From the NCBI GenBank assembly GCA_002189035.1, contig NEEC01000018.1, positions 1,116,001-1,180,000 on the forward strand: 64,000 nt of DNA. The letters run 5' to 3'. Shown piece by piece: positions 1 to 13,800 of the stretch. The stretch is from Utricularia gibba (lineage: Eukaryota; Plantae; Magnoliophyta). How positions within the stretch are numbered: the first letter of the stretch is position 1; every line of letters begins with the position of its first letter. A program made the position numbers and the translations under genes. Under the pieces are notes generated by a model that saw only the letters and a program-made list of their open reading frames with translations, had not been told where the DNA came from and searched no databases.

Positions 1-32
1 TGACGACTGCCTAATCTTCTCCGCTGAGGCAG

Positions 33-286
33 GAAAGCTTTGAGAAGCCTCTGCCTCTAAAAAGCTCTCCCAACTTCATCGTGTACCAAGGTAAGTACCC
101 CTTCCTTGTTCTGCATCATGGAGATATGTTAAATGTTTCATGCTAGTCTTTTGACAAAGATACAAGGCAGGAGGACATCCGTTCATCAGAAGCTATGAAC
201 CCAAAAAGAGCACAAAAGAAGAGTTCTGTTTGTTCCTCACGAGAGCGGCGGCACCACCCCGGGTAACAGCTGCAGCGGTATGTTGA
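33..286 (+). CDS. Possible last two exons of an unidentified gene entering from the left edge
   Basis: Acceptor-like GGCAG at 28-32, open exon ESFEKPLPLKSSPNFIVYQ ending at strong donor AG|GTAAGT (90/91), in-phase acceptor at 170 giving GGHPFIRSYEPKKSTKEEFCLFLTR... to TGA at 284-286. No family recognised. Confidence 0.3.
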
Positions 287-942
287 ACGAGCGAGCAAGA
301 GCTTTATGCCGTGAAGTGTTTATGCCCCCACCCTCTTCTTCCCTCATGCTGAAAAAATAAGTAAATAAGGTGAGTAAATAAATATCCGTCCCTCGAATTT
401 GACGTGTTGTGAATATTTTTCTGCTTTAGCTGAACTCCTCGATCATTCAAGAGCAATTTGAGAGTACGAGAATGGATAGTGCCGCGTCGTTAGACGTATT
501 TTAAAGTTATATTTAAAATTTGATTTAATATATATATATATGAAAATTAAATGATTATTTTTATGTTTAGAAAATTTTTGCACAATAAAATTTTATTCAT
601 TGTAAAAAGGTTTTGATACAAAATAATGAATAAATCAAAGAATACGCGATAAAAAAAAAAAACAGGATAAAAATTTTTCTTCATTGTATCTTGTTGTGAA
701 GTTATAATTTTACCGAATTTAAGGGATAAATCATAGCATTTAATGTTGTAAAGAAGCAAACCTTCTTCATTCATTGAGTCTGAAATAATTGGAGTTCCTT
801 TCAGTGACAGAGGACATGTCGTGTTACATTATCCCTGCAGCCGGGACCAGCCCAGTTTTCCAGCCAACCTGGGCTTCTCTGATGAATAAATGGGAATTCT
901 CTGGACTTTTGTCTCATCGGTGGGAGAAAAGAAAGGTGGGAT

Positions 943-2701
943 ATGGAGATCGAGGAAGATAGAGTTTTGGGGGAAGCAGCAGAACCCAAGAGCGGTTCAC
1001 TTTGTGGGTTCGATTCTCTCCACCAACTTCTGCGATCTTCCTTGTCTCCCCAGGTTTTTCAGGTGTGGTTTGAATGCTCTGTTCTGTTCGTGTGAATTGA
1101 TTTATTGTCATTTGAAGTTTCATTTTTCTTCCCTTCTCGCAAGTTTCGTTCTGTGTGTTGATTCGTTTTGGTTTGTCTTGAATTGATTTTATGGTGTTGA
1201 ATCCATTGATAACACGATATCTCTCGTGGGTATGTTGATGCTTTTGGTTCATCAGGAAGTTTCCCGATTGCTTCATGGACAGAACTGTGGAGGACAACTT
1301 GGCACGATCTCCATTCCTCAGCCTGCTAAATCTCTGTCTTTGGCGCACGATTTTGATTTACAGGTTTACATATTTGTTTGTTTCGTCGCGTTTGCACATA
1401 TTTATGTTATGTGTGACATTGTATAATGGTTGTCATAATTCTGCTGCAAATGTGATCCAGGCATTCGCTTTCAAGGCCAATGAGTCAGAAAGTAAACCTC
1501 GAATGGTGAGAGTGGGTCTTGCTCAGAATTCTATAGCTCTTCCAACAACACTGCCCATATCCGACCAGAAAAGAGGCATTTTTGAGAAATTGTCACCAAT
1601 TGTTGAAGCTGCTGGTACTTCAGGTGTAAACATATTATGTTTACAGGTAACTCAAACATGAAGAATACCTGGCTTCTTTGAGAATATATATGACCTCAAA
1701 AAATTTGGGTGCAGGAGGCGTGGATGATGCCATTTGCCTTTTGCACCCGCGAGAAGAAATGGTGCGAATTTGCAGAGGAAGTCGATGGAGAATCGACACA
1801 GTTTCTTCGGAGGTTTGCCCAGAAATACAACATGGTTATAGTGAATCCTATTCTTGAAAGAGATGTGAAACATGGGGAGGTTCTTTGGAACACTGCTGTA
1901 ATAATTGGAAATCATGGCAACATAATTGGAATACACAGGAAGGTAACATGAGAACAAGCTTGGTTTTTGCATTCAAGTGAGTAAGATGTAGTGGGATTTG
2001 CTTGCAGAATCACATTCCTAGAGTTGGGGACTTCAACGAGAGCACGTATTACATGGAAGGAAACACAGGCCACCCCGTCTTTGAGACTGCTTTTGGCAAA
2101 ATTGCTGTCAACATTTGTTACGGCAGGCACCACCCCCTGAACTGGTTAGCTTTTGGCTTGAATGGTGCAGAAATTGTCTTCAACCCTTCAGCAACAGTTG
2201 GTGAACTCAGTGAACCAATGTGGCCGATTGAGGTATATAATTTTGCACCATCATTTCTGGAGTAGTTCATTTACTCTGTCTGAACTTTCAGCAGCTCCAG
2301 CCATCAGCTTTTGAGTTCTTTTTTATTCTTTTCAGGCGCGCAACGCAGCAATAGCGAATAGCTACTTCGTCTGCTCCATCAACCGCGTGGGTACAGAAGT
2401 TTTCCCGAATCCTTTCACCTCAGGAGACGGGAAGCCACAACACACAGAGTTTGGCCACTTCTACGGCTCCAGCTACATCTCAGCTCCAGACTCTTCATGC
2501 ACCACGTCCCTCTCCCGCTGCAGAGATGGCTTGCTGATATCAGATATGGACCTCAACCTGTGCAGGCAAGTGAAGGACAAATGGGGCTTCCGCATGACCG
2601 CCCGATACGACATCTACAGCGAGCTTCTGGGTCGTTACGTAAAACCCGAATTCGAACCCCAGATCATTTCTGATCCATTCATCAGCAGAGGGTCTGCTTA
2701 G
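943..2701 (+). CDS. PYD3: Beta-ureidopropionase (nitrilase superfamily, reductive pyrimidine catabolism); 6 exons
   Basis: Exons 943-1062, 1256-1363, 1461-1646, 1715-1942, 2008-2232, 2336-2701, all GT-AG. Motifs [64 protein letters not shown] (catalytic E-K-C). Confidence 0.97.
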
Positions 2702-3570
2702 GCAGAATGAATACCAAGGGTGCTGAAAGATGGAATGCAGGCTGTTTAAACTGATTTTTAATATATTGTTTTTTTTACGAATAATAATATCAAATTTGAA
2801 AATTTCCCATTTACAGGGATCTTTAATATTTTATATTTTAAAAAATTTAAGTAATTAAATGAGTAACCTAGAAGTAGTATTTTAAAAATTGTTCAAATTC
2901 ATTGAACCGTTTAGTTATGATTTTGAATTGAATCATTTTTTGAATGAATTTAACCGAGTTCATTAATTTTGAATTATAGTTATAAAAAATATTAGAATAT
3001 AATAATAAAATTATAATTTAATATATAAAAATTTAAACATAAAATAGAAAATTAAAAACATATACTTGATACAATTACATTAAAAAACTTTATTAACATT
3101 AGCTTAATCATCATATACTCATTCAAATACGAATGAAGATTTTATATTATCAATATAAATACATATATAAAAATAAAATTATTAAGATTTAATTAAAATA
3201 TATACGTCGCATATTTATAACATCTCTTCTATTTGCTCTTAATCATGTACATAAGGTAAACTGTAAACAATTAAAAAAAATAAAATTAGATTCAACCCAC
3301 TAAAATATTGATTCGAATCTAATCCAATATTTTAAAACACTGCCCATTAAAAAAAGATATTAGTATTTAATAGTAATATCAATAATTAATTAATTAATTA
3401 AAAGGGTTACATCTGATGCAGATATTAATTAAATAAATAGCGGAAATTGGAAATTAATATAATCTCATTAGTTAATTCCCTCGTAGATTCCCTGATACGC
3501 CGTTAGATGTAAGATGCCGGCAGCCGGTAGAACTTTCGGTAACGATTAACTATCCTTCCAGCTCCATTCG

Positions 3571-4858
3571 TCAGGGGAGGAGCCGCCCCTTCAGGAAGCC
3601 GGTGCACAGCTTCCTCAGTATCTCTCTGTCAGGCGCCTTCGCCTCCACCTTCGCCCTTACAGCGGCAGCGAAGGATTCCTGCACCAGGACAAGGAGTTAT
3701 TCGTGTTGGAAGACAATAGTAGCTGCAGCAGTGCGTACTTCGAACACTACGCCGTCGGAGAGGCGGTCGATGAGGTTCAGGAGAATGTCCTTGGTGTACT
3801 CCGGGTGGCCCTGTATCCCCATCACGTGATTCCCGTATCTGAACATCTCCACCCGGTTTGCGCCGACCACGCTAAAACCTCTGCTCGAGGGGGAAGCTCC
3901 AGTATCTGAAGACATCCCTGGAAGAGGTGATTACAGATTGGGTTTTATGGGTGGGGTGGGTAGATGGGTAACCTCGTCGTGGTGGATTTCGAAGATGTTG
4001 AGAGAGCTAGGCATGTTGATCGAAGCGAAGATCCGGGAGGGATACAGGTGAACTTCAGTGGTGCCGATGTCCCATCCTCCGCCGGCTCGGCCCACCTTTC
4101 CTCCTATGGCTCTCGCCAGTACCTGGTTTTGCAGAAACAGAGAGACAGAGCATTTCAGGGAAGGGAGGAATACAGGGGAGACAGGCCATTTAAGTTTCAG
4201 CTCAAGAGAAGAGAAGCAGTGAGCAGAGTCTGCAGTTGGGGAACGGATTGTTTGAATATAGAACTCGTATCCATTTCAAGGTGGGCAGACAATGCTGCAC
4301 GTCAACTAATCACATGGGAAGTTTTCTCCACAGTCAGTAACTGCGCAGAGGGACCAGTTGCTTTTTGCAGTTTTGGGGATGACAATTAGGAGGTGTTGGT
4401 GAGCCGATGCCTGTTCATGACTCGAATTTGAGCATGAAAGCCGTCTAGATACAGAGGATTCATATCGAAAGCAACAGGCCCAGAGATGAGATTTGAAGGG
4501 ACGCATAAAACACCTAGAAATGGAGTAAGTAAAAAAGATAAACCTGATGGCCGAAGCATATGCCGAGAACCTTCTTCTTCACGGCGATCAGCTTCCTGAG
4601 GAGAACCAGCAGCCGGATAATCCAGGAGTCGTTTCCGAAAGCGTCACTGCAACTTCCGGTAATCACAAATCCTTCGTACGCAAGGATCTCCTCGTCCGAC
4701 GGTAACTCGCCCTTCGTCGCGGCGAAGGCGTCCCAGATTTCTTCTTCCTCCTTCAGCATTCCCGTGAAAACCCCCAAATAACCGCCGTAGAGTTTCCTTA
4801 CATAATCGGAATCCTCGGCGCAGAGCAGCACCGCGTACTTCTTGTGAGGCCCTCCCAT
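3571..4858 (-). CDS. GGP: Gamma-glutamyl peptidase / class I glutamine amidotransferase-like protein; 4 exons, one apparent 1-nt deletion in exon 3
   Basis: Exons 4858-4544, 4122-3973, 3905-3739, 3678-3571. Motifs KKYAVLLCAEDSDYV, FVITGS, LGICFGHQ (nucleophile elbow), MGIQGHPEY (His-Glu). Exon 3 is 167 nt and shifts frame at the run 3852-3854. Confidence 0.92.
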
Positions 4859-4883
4859 CTAGATATAGATACTTTCAACTCCG

Positions 4884-4910
4884 GGAGGAAGGAAGGAAGG
4901 AAGGAAGAAG
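4884..4910. repeat. (GGAA)n simple repeat just upstream of the GGP start codon
   Basis: gggaggaaggaaggaaggaaggaagaag read directly. Confidence 0.8.
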
Positions 4911-6672
4911 GATATGCAACTGAAGCAGGGGAAGTGCAGTCAGTATATATACGCAGGCACAGGATTTTAAAGTGGTTGACCAAACTACCCTTCCATATTC
5001 AATTTCGTGAAAATTCCAAGTAAATTCAAAGTGAAAATTAGATGTATTGAAAAATTGATGGATTTTGGTGACATTTTATTTTTTTTTATACAAAAATAAT
5101 TCAAATAAAATTCATAATTTTTTACCAAAATTACTTTTTTAATTTTAATCTAATGGTCCTAATTATTGATTTTTATTAATAAAAACGGATTTTGTTCTCC
5201 AGAATTCAAAAAGGACAAAAATGGTAGGTTGTAGGGGTAGCCTAATGAGACCCTGCCACACCCACACCGACCACCGACTTCAGGAATCCTGCATGCTGAT
5301 TCAGTACCTAACCTCAAAAACCGTCCGGGTTCATCCATGACGTTAGCAAGTCGAGGTTTTCCCATCCTGTTCGGTTGAATTTTTTTTAAAAAAAACCTTT
5401 GAAAATTAACCTACTCATTAATTGTACGTTTTTTTTTTAAAAAAAAAAACATATCAAAGAGTTTCTAGTATGAAAACTTGAAATAGAAGTTAGAGTTGAT
5501 TATTTCAATACAAAGCCATTAGGAATGTTTAAAATTCCAAACAAATTTTGAATTTCAAATTTGATCAAAAAATTAAAATTTCGAGAGAAATAACATTTTC
5601 TACTCATTTTAAAAACTGATCACTATCACTTTCTATTTAAGACAATTTTTTTACATATACAATGTTCATTTTTGTAATTCACCTCAACATTTTTAGTAAA
5701 TTGTGGAAATACTTTATTTTGGCCAAATTTGAAGCTTTCATTGAATTCCATAAAACTATATTTATTTAGGGATATATATACAAAAATGCCAACATAGGAG
5801 CAAGGTCTTCTTGCTTTGGGATGGTGGGCCATCCCCATCTCAAGTGTTTGAGATCCTTGTGATGGGCCACTTAAATAGACATATGAAGGTATGGTGGATT
5901 ATTTATAAAATTGATTATCTATTATTTATATATTATCTATTAAAATAAAAAAGAATTAATATTAAAGTTGATTATATTCGTACATACATATAATGAAATT
6001 GTCGTTTTTCTAAATGATACTGAAGTAATCAATTACAAGAAAAGAATTTTTTTTTTTATTTTAGATCAGAATTATCATATTTTTATTTGATTTATTTTCG
6101 AACATTTCTTCTTGTCGTGAGATACAATTGGTCATCGCACTTGATTGAAAAAGCTAATGATGCAAAACTACCGTGCATTAGATTAGGAATGCAGGTTATG
6201 TAAGAGAGAATTTAGATCTTATCGGACTTCAAAGTTCTCATTTGAATATTTGCTTCTAAGTGGAGAAAAATTGTTCATCACCTATCATCAAAAGTAATGA
6301 ATAGCGTCAATTTCAGTGAATTGAATCGGTTTCTTATTTCAATCTTTCGATTCCAACCCCCCAAATTTCTTGGAAGAATTGGTCCACGAAAAACACATAT
6401 GGCCCCGCAGCATAATTCCGTGGAGCCCACGGAAATATGGCTGGGCCCTTGATTTGGGAAATTGGAAGTTTGGGCTTTGTATTATGGGCTATACTCAATG
6501 ATAAATGGGTTTCTTAGTGATGGGCCGTTACGACATAAGGAAGCCCATATTGGGAGTGATTGTGGGCTTGGACTGTTTTTTTCTTTCTTTTTGTTTGAAA
6601 CGTTTCATATTATTGAACGAAGGCCACTGCAATTTGAAAGAGAGGGAGGAGAGCTGCTGGATGCACAGTTGA

Positions 6673-9600
6673 TCAAAGCTTCTGAGAAGTGGGCATTGCA
6701 AGAGAAACCCCAGCACCAGAGGGCAGATCCTTCCATTGTTGAGTCACCGTCTTGATCTGTGTGTAGAACTGAACCCCTGCTTTTCCTGCATTCATCAATC
6801 AAACACCCTCTAAGTTAAACACACAAGAAGTTGCATCATGGACATACATCAAGCTGCATTCATCAATCACCATAGAAGTTGAGGTCCCCGGCGAACGAAG
6901 CTTTCGAACCGGTGAAGGAGAAGAACGGCAGCGGCACCGGGATGGGGACGTTGATACCGACCTGAGACAGAGAACCAGAATCAGATGAAGCAGAGGGTGA
7001 CAGGAAAAAGAGTATCATGGTGGTACCTGGCCTGCTTCTATCTCATTTTGGAATTTTCTAGCAGAGACCCCGGAGGAGGTGAAGATGGCAGCACCATTGC
7101 CATATCTGTAAACAATGGGGAGATTGGTGTACGAAGCTTAACTTAATGCAGTGAGGGACGAAAGGAGGTTGAGGGTGGATACTGATTTCTGTTCACAATT
7201 CTTATGGCGTCTTCCAAGGTCTCAGCCTGGGGTGCAGAAAGCAGATACATAATCAATCATTCTCAAGAGATGCAGATATGTGAATGCCATTGCTCTTAGT
7301 GCATTATGTACCTGCAGACAGATGAGCACCGGACCGAAGATCTCCTCCTGGAGAACCAGAGTAGGACATAACACACCCATCTCAATAATAGAAATTCTAG
7401 ACAAGCTTTCTGGACTGGGACAGGTCTGGTACCTTATAACATTCCATGTCGGGTGTCACGTCTGCCAAAATCGTCGGGCCAATGAAGTTACCTTGTTCAT
7501 ATCCTGGAACCTGGACATTGACAAAATGACGGTGAATGATCAGATATTGTTATGGATATTCTACATCAGAGTTAATCAGTTTCAAACAGAATTTGTGTAC
7601 TTTGATACTTCTCCCATCAAGCAACACTCTAGCTCCATCATCAACCCCACTTTGGATCAATCTGCATATCCTTTCCTTCGCCTACAAACATCATTTCAAG
7701 GCACACAAGCAATGAGAGTTATGTGATGCAGGATTGATGAATAGTGTTAGATACTCACTTGTTTGCTGATCACAGGGCCAAGGTCAGCCTTGGGGTCGGT
7801 TCCAGCGCTCACTACAAGGGCTTTTGCACGCTCCACTAGCTTTTCTTCCCTGCCAATAATAAACCATTTCTAATATAAGAGAAATGGATGCATATAAGGG
7901 GAAACTCCATGAAGTTTGAAATAGGAATACCATGGTCTTGAGTCTCCCACAAAGATGACTGTGCTGAGTGCCATGCATCTCTGGCCAGCAGCACCAAAAC
8001 CAGCCGCCACTAAAGCATTTAATGTGGCATTCTCATTTGCATCAGGCATCACAATCCCATGGTTCTTTGCTCCCATATTTGACTAAAGGCATCATGTAGT
8101 TCAATAAAATTGTAGAAAATGGTACGACTATATGGAAAATAGGTTACATTTAAAAAATATCATAACGAAGATTCTGATACACTAACCTGAACACGTTTTC
8201 CACTAGCTGAAGCTCTTGAATATATATGCATCCCAGCCTTGGGGTTAAACACAAATATAAGCCATTGTCCTGGGCCAAAAAAAAGAATAATGTGATAGGT
8301 AACTTACTGTATTTGAACCAACAAATGATACAGCACGAATATCCTCATCATCACATATGGCATTAACAATATCCTGCAAGATAGGTGCAATAAATCTTCT
8401 AGCCATTTAGATAGCACGCATTGAGTGCCATGAAAAATAGATGTTTCATTTCAAAAATAAAAAGAAAAAATGCGCTGGAGATTTTAAGGGATAGCCATTA
8501 GTATACATGAGTGCCATGAATAATATTCAAGACTCCATCAGGCAGCCCAGCTTCCTTTGCCAGTTCGGCAAGAATCATTGAGGCCCCTGAAATCAAAAGG
8601 GAATACAAGAACCTCATAAAAGTTGCATGAGACAGTTGTGCCAAAGATTGAATTTTAGCTGTTTTGATTCTGAGTTACAGCGTCAAACCAAGGCACCTGG
8701 GTCCTTTTCAGATGGCTTCAGAACAAATGTGTTTCCACAGGTAACTGCCACCGGAAACATCTGCCAAAAGGCATAGCGAAGAAAACAAAATTATTGGAAG
8801 GCCGGTTAACCAAAAAACAAAATAAAGTGAGCAGAGGACATGGAGGTGCAGAATGGCGCTTATGAACAGCAAATATAGTTGCAAACGTACCCATAGTGGA
8901 ATCATTGCAGGGAAGTTAAAGGGGCAGATTCCAGCGCAAACACCAAGTGGCTCTCTAATACTGAAGGTATCTATTCCATTCGACACATTTGTTGCATATT
9001 CTCCCATTTGTAGGGTAGCCATTCCACATGCATGTTCAACAACCTCTGAAGACGATTAAGCAATGGACTCAGCAGGCATTCACATGGGTACCATTCAATT
9101 AAAGAGAGAAAAAGTGAGCGAGACTGACCTAGGCCTCGGAAAACATCACCTTGAGCATCCTTTAATGTTTTGCCTTGTTCTGTCGTAATACTCAATGCCA
9201 GCTTATCCTAATATAATGATTTCTATACTGGATCAGCAGCACTCCAATGATTGCACAGTACATAGTTTAAAGAAAATACAAGAGGAAAACCGTATTTTTG
9301 CGTATAAGATCTTGCAACTTCAGCATGACTCTCTGCCTGGTTGTCACTGGTGTATTTCTCCATGAAGGAAAGACCTCCTTTGCAGCAGCAACAGCAGACT
9401 TGAATTCCTCCTTGGTGGTCAGTGGAACTTGTGCAACAACGTCTTGTGTAGCCTGTCATAACAACATGTGCGTACAGTAAATACAGATCAGCAATGAAGA
9501 GCCAGCAACTCTCAAGCACACCAGTCTCGATTCATTCATTCACTTACGGGATTTATGACATCAATAGTTTCGGATGAAAGAGAATCCACCAAGCTGCCCC

Positions 9601-10150
9601 CAATTACATTTGGAAGCCTCTGTGCCAACACATTCAAATTGATAAGCAAGCAATCAGATAAAAACCCTACATTCTTAAGTCAGAACCCTGTGTAGACATT
9701 TGCAAATACGATTCGAAAACCGTACATCTTTTAAACTTGAAAAACGTCATGCAATTGCGATAATCTCAAAATTTGATCATCATCATTTCCCAGAAGAAAG
9801 TGAATGAAGAAAAAACAATCGAACAACCCCCCAAAAAACCCAACTCACCAGAGACCTGCCATTACTCCAAGATGCCTCAGCAGAACTCGAAAAACTAGAA
9901 TTAGAAGTTCCCAGAAGCCAAGGTCGCAGCTTCCTAGTACCACTCACTGCATAAACAACAACGAGAGAAAAAAAAAAAAAGATCATCCCCCCTAATATCA
10001 AAATCAAGGATCAATCCCAATCCAGTCATAATTCATACAAACTTAATCCATGCACAATTCCATACAAACTCAATAATTTTTTATTATCACATCCGCCGGA
10101 AGAAGTTGTAAGTAGATTGATACACCTCTGCGGGCAGCGAAGTGCAGCAT
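6673..10150 (-). CDS. ALDH6B2: Methylmalonate-semialdehyde dehydrogenase [acylating], mitochondrial (canonical ALDH6); intact multi-exon gene
   Basis: Transit-peptide-like start [21 protein letters not shown]. Motifs [107 protein letters not shown]. The exons traced are GT-AG and in frame; TGA at 6673-6675. Confidence 0.97.
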
Positions 10151-10871
10151 TTCTGAATTCCCGTCGGCGTGAAACCGCAGTGCTGTTGATGGGAAGTCGA
10201 ATCTCCTCACTCAGCGCTGAGCTGCTGACGCGGATCCTCTTTCAAACATAATCATCACCATCCTGCATAAATATATACACAATATATTTATTCTGCATCT
10301 GTCAGTCGTCGTCTTGAGCAATTTGAGTTGGATTTGCCTGCCTTCCAACTCATTTCTGAATAAGCAAATTCTTTCCTTTTCTCACCCCTCCTACCTTATT
10401 TCAAATGCATTATCCACAAAAAATAATTACTTTTTGAACAGAAAAAAATTTTAAAATATTTTTTACTTTTTGAAAAGTAGAAACTATTTATTTACAGAAT
10501 GCATTTATTCCTACCTTTATCGAATTTTCGTAATTTTTTTCTACTTCCATTTTTATTTTTTTAAATTTTTTTTAAACATTGTTTCCACTCTTAAAATGTC
10601 CTAATTTTCAAATAATCTATAATTAAAATTATACTTTAAATTTTAGAACTAAGATCAATTAAAATGTAAATAAATACTTTTCTAAATATTTATAGTTAAA
10701 GGAAATTTTTTTTAATACATCCAATGGATTCGCATTTTGTAATAAATTAATGAATAAATAAGAAAATCATATTAATAACTAATACATATCTTAATAATAA
10801 ATATATAGTAATAAATATCAATTCTCATTAAACAAAAACAAAGTAATATTTGGCGTTCTATCAAATGTGCC

Positions 10872-13800
10872 CTAAAAGTGCAAAGTCCAGTGTGTTCCAT
10901 CCAAAGGTGTGATCGCTTGTGGCATTCCATCGCTGGCATGAATTCTCGCCTCTTCGACCAGAGATTCTCCATGGCTGCTGCTTGGAAAATCCTTGGGATG
11001 CAAAGCGGGCAGCTGCAGCCCCATGCCCTCGTGACTCGAAAGCTCATGGTGCAGTGGGAGAGATACTGAAACTCCTTCCCCATGGGAGAAGTCTCTCAGA
11101 TGCAGTCCCAGGGAGACATCGTTTACCGGGAAGTCGATGCCGGGTATTGCCTGCGCCTCTCCGCCGCCGCTGCTGCTCGGCCTTATGTCTGGTGTAAAGG
11201 CGGAGGAACACACCTTGTTGCTGGAGAAGTCCTTCAGCTGCATGGTTACTGTTTTCTTCCTGGTGTAGAAGCCAAGTCCGGCGTCACCTGCGTTTGATGA
11301 GGATCGTGAAGGGACTGGAAAGGGAATGAGGATTATGAGGAGCCAGAGAGTGTGTGGTGTACCGTGGAAATTGATGTCTCCGGTGAACGAAGGTTTGGAG
11401 CCGGTGAATGTAAAGACAGGTAACGGGGCTGGAATAGCTACATTCACACCGACCTGAATTCGAGGAACCAGATACTGAAATCCAATGAGTGGAGGAAGGA
11501 AGGAAGGCGAGCTGGAGAACATACCTGTCCAGAAAGGACCTGGTTCTGGAACTTCCTTGCAGCGGAGAGAGAAGAAGTGAAAATGGAAGCTCCATTTCCA
11601 TGTCTGAAGAAAGAACATTCATCCATGAAGTATATGATCATCTTTTTTTTTTTTTACAGAAAAAAAAAAACATCTTTAGTACTTATTTCTATTGATTATG
11701 CTTATTGCCTCATCCAAGCTTCCAGCCTGCGTATGAACGAAGAGTTAACTGAGCATAATCAAGCTGTTAACATGCATTAGGCAGCGGCTATGTATGCAGA
11801 CCTGCATGCAGAGCACAACTGGGCCCAAAATCTCTTCCTGCATGCAAAAAGGAATACACATGCTGTATTCGACGTTCCATGAGAAAAGTAGACCTGAGAG
11901 ACTACTGCATACCTTATAGCAATCCATGCTTTCTGTTACATCAGTCAATATTGTTGGACCAATGAAGTTTCCCAATTCGTACTTGGGAACCTATGGATTC
12001 CAAATTGACAACCAAAAGTTGAAGTGATAAATAACTACATGTATTCTCTGCAGATCTAGTGAATTTAGATGAAAGGAGGGGAAAAAGTTTAAGGGTGTAC
12101 CACAACATTTCTCCCGTCAAGAATCAATCTGGCACCACTGTCGACAAATCTTCGGATCACACTTGATATACGTTCCTTAACCTGAAAAAAGCTAGCATAT
12201 AACATCAAAGAAAAGTTCTTGATGGAAAAATGGAGCCAAGCAGCGCAGAGTGCATCTTGATTGTCGAGCAAAAAGTTAAAACAATTTAGAGTACCTGCCG
12301 ACTAATAACTGGACCAATGTCGGCACCTGGTTCTGTCCCAGCATCTACTTTAAGCGCCATGGCATGCTCTACAATCTTATCTTCCCTGAGGGTATTTGAT
12401 AACAATAAAACTCCTAGAACGTATATCCAAATAACCAAAGCAGCCAGCAAGTCTACCATTGGCAGTATTTTTAGCATAAATAAATTGGTAAAAATATCCT
12501 TGAAAATAGGTAATTCATACCAAGACTTTGAGCCTCCAACAAAAATAATAGTGCTAATTGCTGTACACTTTTGAACTGCAGAGCCAAATCCTGCAGACAC
12601 GAGATCATGCAAAGTAGATTCCATGTTTGCATCTGGCATGACTACTGCATGGCTTTTGGCACCAACGTTAGCCTGGACATCAAGGTGACCGATTAATGAA
12701 TTCAAGTATCCAAACCATTTCATGTAACAAAATGCATAGAACAAACAGGCATAGGGCTTCCACCTGAGGATGCTTCCTGTCGGCAGAAGACCTAGCATGC
12801 ATATACATTCCAGGCTGGAGACGAGAATGTGTTTAGTTACCTTTCACTTTCTTGTAAAAGGTGCAAAGTGAGTTCGTGGGGAAATTATGAGTGGAAACAG
12901 CAGTATATATAAAAGAGTAAGAAGCATGAAATCTAAACTGAACACCACAAAACTGTTCTCCCAAAAGACACATACCCCCACCTCAATCATTTATTGATTC
13001 AATGTGGAATCATTGCTGCATTTCATGGGCCATTTTATCTAAGAATTGGGTATTATAAGAAGCATATGTGATCTATGATTTGAAAATCATTTGCATCATT
13101 GTGCAAGCAAATTCAGTTTTCATGTGTATTATCTGTGGAATACCAAGTGCAAGAAAAAAAACAAAAATAATCTTACCGCATCTGAACCAATATAGCATAC
13201 ATTTTGGATTTCATCATCACAGATCACATCAATGATGTCCTGCAGGTTTACAACATGCGATGATGTCACTTCAATTGAAAGTAACTACCACAATGATACA
13301 ACGTTCACTGTAATCAGGAAGTGGGAAATGCAACTTATAAGCATTCTTGATGAGAAGTGAAAAAAGAAAAGGAAAAGGGAGGACATAATAGGCCCCGCTC
13401 ACATTTGTGCCATGAACAACATTTAAGACTCCATTAGGCAAACCAGCCTCCATTGCTAATTCAGCAAGATGCATGCAAGCCCCTGTGAAGAATGAGGCGA
13501 ATGTTTTTATACCGAAAGAGGAAACACATGGCAAAGGCCAATCAGGCAACTATAGTACAGAAACTGGGCGATATTTTCGAAAAGAGAACATCCACTAGCA
13601 ACTAAAAGAAGATGAATATGACGTCAGTAATTTTTACTTGATCACCTGGCGCTTTTTCGGAGGGCTTTACAATGAAGGTATTTCCACATGTAACAGCAAT
13701 TGGAAACATCTGTGACGGATGAATGAGTCATCAAAAAGCACAGAAAATGAATGAGAACTGAATAATATTCCTCTTCTCTTATATCGTTGGTTAGTTAATC

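Noticed and set aside
890-1661. ORF-track calls 890-1186, 914-1348 and 1275-1661 as separate proteins
   Set aside because: Off-frame, antisense or intron read-through pieces of the spliced PYD3 gene.
2875-3342. Possible MITE with (C/T)AGT(G/A)TTTTAAAA termini between PYD3 and GGP
   Set aside because: Termini match only loosely and no target-site duplication could be found.
6100-6360. C/D box snoRNA candidates (TGATGA motifs on the minus strand)
   Set aside because: No convincing CTGA D box, terminal stem or recognisable rRNA guide.
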